The position numbers and the translations under genes were made by a program. 64,000 bases of DNA from contig JAHBXO010000011.1 of assembly GCA_019636445.1 (NCBI GenBank), positions 39,997-103,996 on the forward strand, read 5' to 3'. Below the pieces are notes generated by a model, which was not told the DNA's origin, searched no databases, and was given only the letters and a program-made list of their open reading frames with translations. The DNA is from Gemmataceae bacterium (GTDB lineage: Bacteria > Planctomycetota > Planctomycetia > Gemmatales > Gemmataceae). Below are positions 61,686 to 64,000 of this stretch, in pieces (the stretch's first letter is position 1; each line of letters opens with the position of its first letter).

Positions 61686-61967
61686 GTGTCAGCGTTGCGA
61701 GACTTCCGATATGTAGCTTGGTTTCTCAACCTGATCGCAAGGCCTGAAGATCAGGACCGCGAATGGTGCGCCTGCTTTTATGTCGCGGCGGATGATGGAA
61801 ACGAGGCGCAGGCGTGGGGCGACAAGTTGGCAGTCGACTATGCTCGACGCAGCGGGGGTCGCGAGGCGTTCATCCGCTCATACCTCGATCCAGTACCGTG
61901 GAACATCGGTAAAGATGCGCGGGTGGTCGCCGGGAAGCCTGTGAGTGATGAGGAAATTGGCTGGTAG
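61686..61967 (+). CDS. Small hypothetical protein
   Basis: Protein-like ORF (FRYVAWF...WCACF...AQAWGD...SDEEIGW); start uncertain (61686 or 61695). Confidence 0.5.
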   Translation: MSALRDFRYVAWFLNLIARPEDQDREWCACFYVAADDGNEAQAWGDKLAVDYARRSGGREAFIRSYLDPVPWNIGKDARVVAGKPVSDEEIGW

Positions 61968-62049
61968 CAAGGCCACACAGAATCAGTGGAGAGAACAGGC
62001 CAGAACCCGCACTCAATCGGGATACGAGCCTGCAACACGCTCCCGCCCC

Positions 62050-64000
62050 TCAGTTCACCGTCTTGCGGATGTAGTCCCACACGCGGCCGCGGAGTTGCTC
62101 GGGCATCGCGTCGATCTCCTTCTCGTCGAGCCGGCCGTCCTTGTTCGTGTCGTACGGGTCGAGGCCGGCCTTGAAGCGAGCCGGGATCTCGATGCCGTTC
62201 TTCGGGATCATCGGCTTCTCGTCGCTCTTGAACGGCTCCGCCGATTCCGACTTCGCATCCACGACGTATTCGACATAGCCAAGGTGCATCTCGTCGAAGG
62301 TCTGCGGGCCCCACTTCACGAGCTTCTTCGGGTCGGGGTTGGCCGGGTTCTTATCGCTGTTGTCGTACCAGACGGTGAAGCGGAGCGTCGAGCCTTTGGC
62401 GATCGTTACCGGTTCGGCGAACTGGTAGCGGAGCTGCCAGTTGAAATCGTAGCGCGGGATGTCCATGAGCATGGTCGTCGTCTTGCCGTCGGGCGAAATC
62501 AGCTCGTAGCGACAGGCCTTGCCGCGGACGTGCATGTGGGGCATGAGGCCGCGGACGGAGATTTCCATCGGCACCTTCAGGTTCGCCACTTCCTTGTGGT
62601 TGCCGTCGCCCGGCGGGATGCGGATGCCGGGCTGCATGACGGCGCCGACCTTCACGATGTGCTTGGGCGGCTCCTTCGCGAAGCGGAAGGCGATGGTGGT
62701 GCGGTCGTCGACCGCCTCGCCGAACGGGGTGTAATGCATCTGGAAGCGCAGGGTCGCTCCCTTCGGCAGCTTGCGGGCGTAGCCGGGTTCGAAGACGAGG
62801 TGGTCGTTGCCCGGCACGTACGCGGCGAAGTACCCCTCGCGCTCATCGGCGACGTTCGGGTTCACGGCCGCGCGGCCCGGCAGGAAGCGGCCGAGGCCGG
62901 CCTTCGGAATCACGTGGACGAGCACGTGGTGCACCGCCGCCTTCGCCGAGGGTTTGATCTCGTAGGCTTCGACCCACTTGTCCTCGTCGAGGTTCGTCTC
63001 GATGGTCACGTTCTGATACGGCATCGTGCCCGTCGCCGGAACGGAGACCGCCTTCGTCATCTGGAAGACCGCGTCCGGCTTGCCGATCTGCCAATCCTTC
63101 GGCCACGCGATCGGCTTCGGCGCGTCGGCCTCGCTTCCCTTTGCGAGGTCCGACTTCAACCACGCGAGGAAGTCGGCCTTGTCGGCGGCGGAGAGGGAGC
63201 GGTCGTTGAGGAAGTGCGAGTGTTCGCCGGCCTTCGGCGCCGCCGCGTACCAGGGCGGCATCGTGCCATTCTCCAGTACCTGCCGGAGGCTCCCCTTCTG
63301 CGAAACGATATCGTCGTAGGATTCGAGCGCGAACGGGCCGACGCCGTCCTTGCGGTGGCACGACTGGCAGTTCGCCTGCACGATCCGCGAGATGCGGTTC
63401 GAGAACGTGACCGTGGCCGGCTTCGCGGGATCGAGGTCGAGCGGGCAGCCGGGGGCGGTGGTCGCGGCGATGGCGGGCGTCTTGCCGGCGAGGAGCGCGT
63501 CAAGCGTGTCAGTGAGGTAATTGTGCTTCGGTGCTGGGAGCGAATAGCCGAGGCCGTACTGGTCGTCCACGGCACCGCGATAGACGACGGTGCGGGCCGA
63601 GTCGAGGACGATGACTTCCGTCGTCTTCGTCGCGCCGACCGCTCGGGCGACACCTTCCGCGTCGACGGCGTAGCGGGACGCGAATGCGTGCTTCGGCCGG
63701 TCGCCCTTCGTCGCATTCACAAACAGGAATGCGACGCCCTTGGCGCTGTAGTCCTTCTCTATCTTCGCGAGCGTCGGGGCGTATTTCCTTGAGAGCGGGC
63801 AGGTGGAATTGGTGAGGGCGACGACGAGGTACGGACTCTTGGCGAACTCCGAGAGCTTGCCACTTTTTCCGGCGGAGTCGGTGAAGGCGGCATCCTCGAC
63901 GAAGCGGCCGATGCCGCCATCTCGCGCGGCCAGCGGCTTCGGGGCTTCGGTAATGGAATCCGCCGCGGAGACGGCTGCGGCGGAGAGGATGAGAAGGGCA
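62050..64000 (-). CDS. Redoxin plus cytochrome c plus Cu monooxygenase-like plus EF-hand fusion protein (5' end truncated by window)
   Basis: The frame stays open to 64000 (signal peptide, TCPLS redoxin, YRGAVDDQY); CQSCH; VHHVL, PHMHVRG, DEMHLG; DTNKDGRLDEKE. Confidence 0.85.
   Translation of the reverse strand, partial: ALLILSAAAVSAADSITEAPKPLAARDGGIGRFVEDAAFTDSAGKSGKLSEFAKSPYLVVALTNSTCPLSRKYAPTLAKIEKDYSAKGVAFLFVNATKGDRPKHAFASRYAVDAEGVARAVGATKTTEVIVLDSARTVVYRGAVDDQYGLGYSLPAPKHNYLTDTLDALLAGKTPAIAATTAPGCPLDLDPAKPATVTFSNRISRIVQANCQSCHRKDGVGPFALESYDDIVSQKGSLRQVLENGTMPPWYAAAPKAGEHSHFLNDRSLSAADKADFLAWLKSDLAKGSEADAPKPIAWPKDWQIGKPDAVFQMTKAVSVPATGTMPYQNVTIETNLDEDKWVEAYEIKPSAKAAVHHVLVHVIPKAGLGRFLPGRAAVNPNVADEREGYFAAYVPGNDHLVFEPGYARKLPKGATLRFQMHYTPFGEAVDDRTTIAFRFAKEPPKHIVKVGAVMQPGIRIPPGDGNHKEVANLKVPMEISVRGLMPHMHVRGKACRYELISPDGKTTTMLMDIPRYDFNWQLRYQFAEPVTIAKGSTLRFTVWYDNSDKNPANPDPKKLVKWGPQTFDEMHLGYVEYVVDAKSESAEPFKSDEKPMIPKNGIEIPARFKAGLDPYDTNKDGRLDEKEIDAMPEQLRGRVWDYIRKTVN

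Noticed and set aside
61470-62049. Possible integron attC sites around the small ORF
   Set aside because: No convincing RYYYAAC...GTTRRRY paired boxes and no integrase.

Overview
A high-GC, gene-dense chromosomal segment. The gene content (DUF1501, LEDRxxPA-type export motifs, CRTAC1/ASPIC-UnbV proteins, PQQ-like propellers, sulfatase) points to a Planctomycetota, probably Gemmataceae-like, genome; this is an inference. Housekeeping genes include argB-argD-argF, sthA, ndh, mog, mqnD, aceE/aceF with a VapBC-type toxin-antitoxin pair between them, pyrD and ackA-xfp. I found no rRNA, tRNA, CRISPR array or transposase. The best candidates for an undescribed system are: (1) an operon encoding a membrane-anchored pentaheme/TPR cytochrome, a CRTAC1 protein and a TPR/FG-GAP/UnbV protein, preceded by a small secreted Cys-containing ORF ending in HPPR that may be an arrest-peptide-like leader; (2) an MnmM-like methyltransferase next to a DAO-family FAD oxidoreductase, resembling a split MnmC; (3) a FeeM/LuxI-like GNAT coupled to a class V PLP enzyme; (4) a surface protein with two GlcG/HbpS domains divergent from an unknown outer-membrane barrel; (5) a redoxin-cytochrome c-copper monooxygenase fusion; (6) three unrelated intergenic palindromes built from tandem heptamers, plus a REPIN-like element. 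Family assignments come from motif recognition only; no database searches were run.
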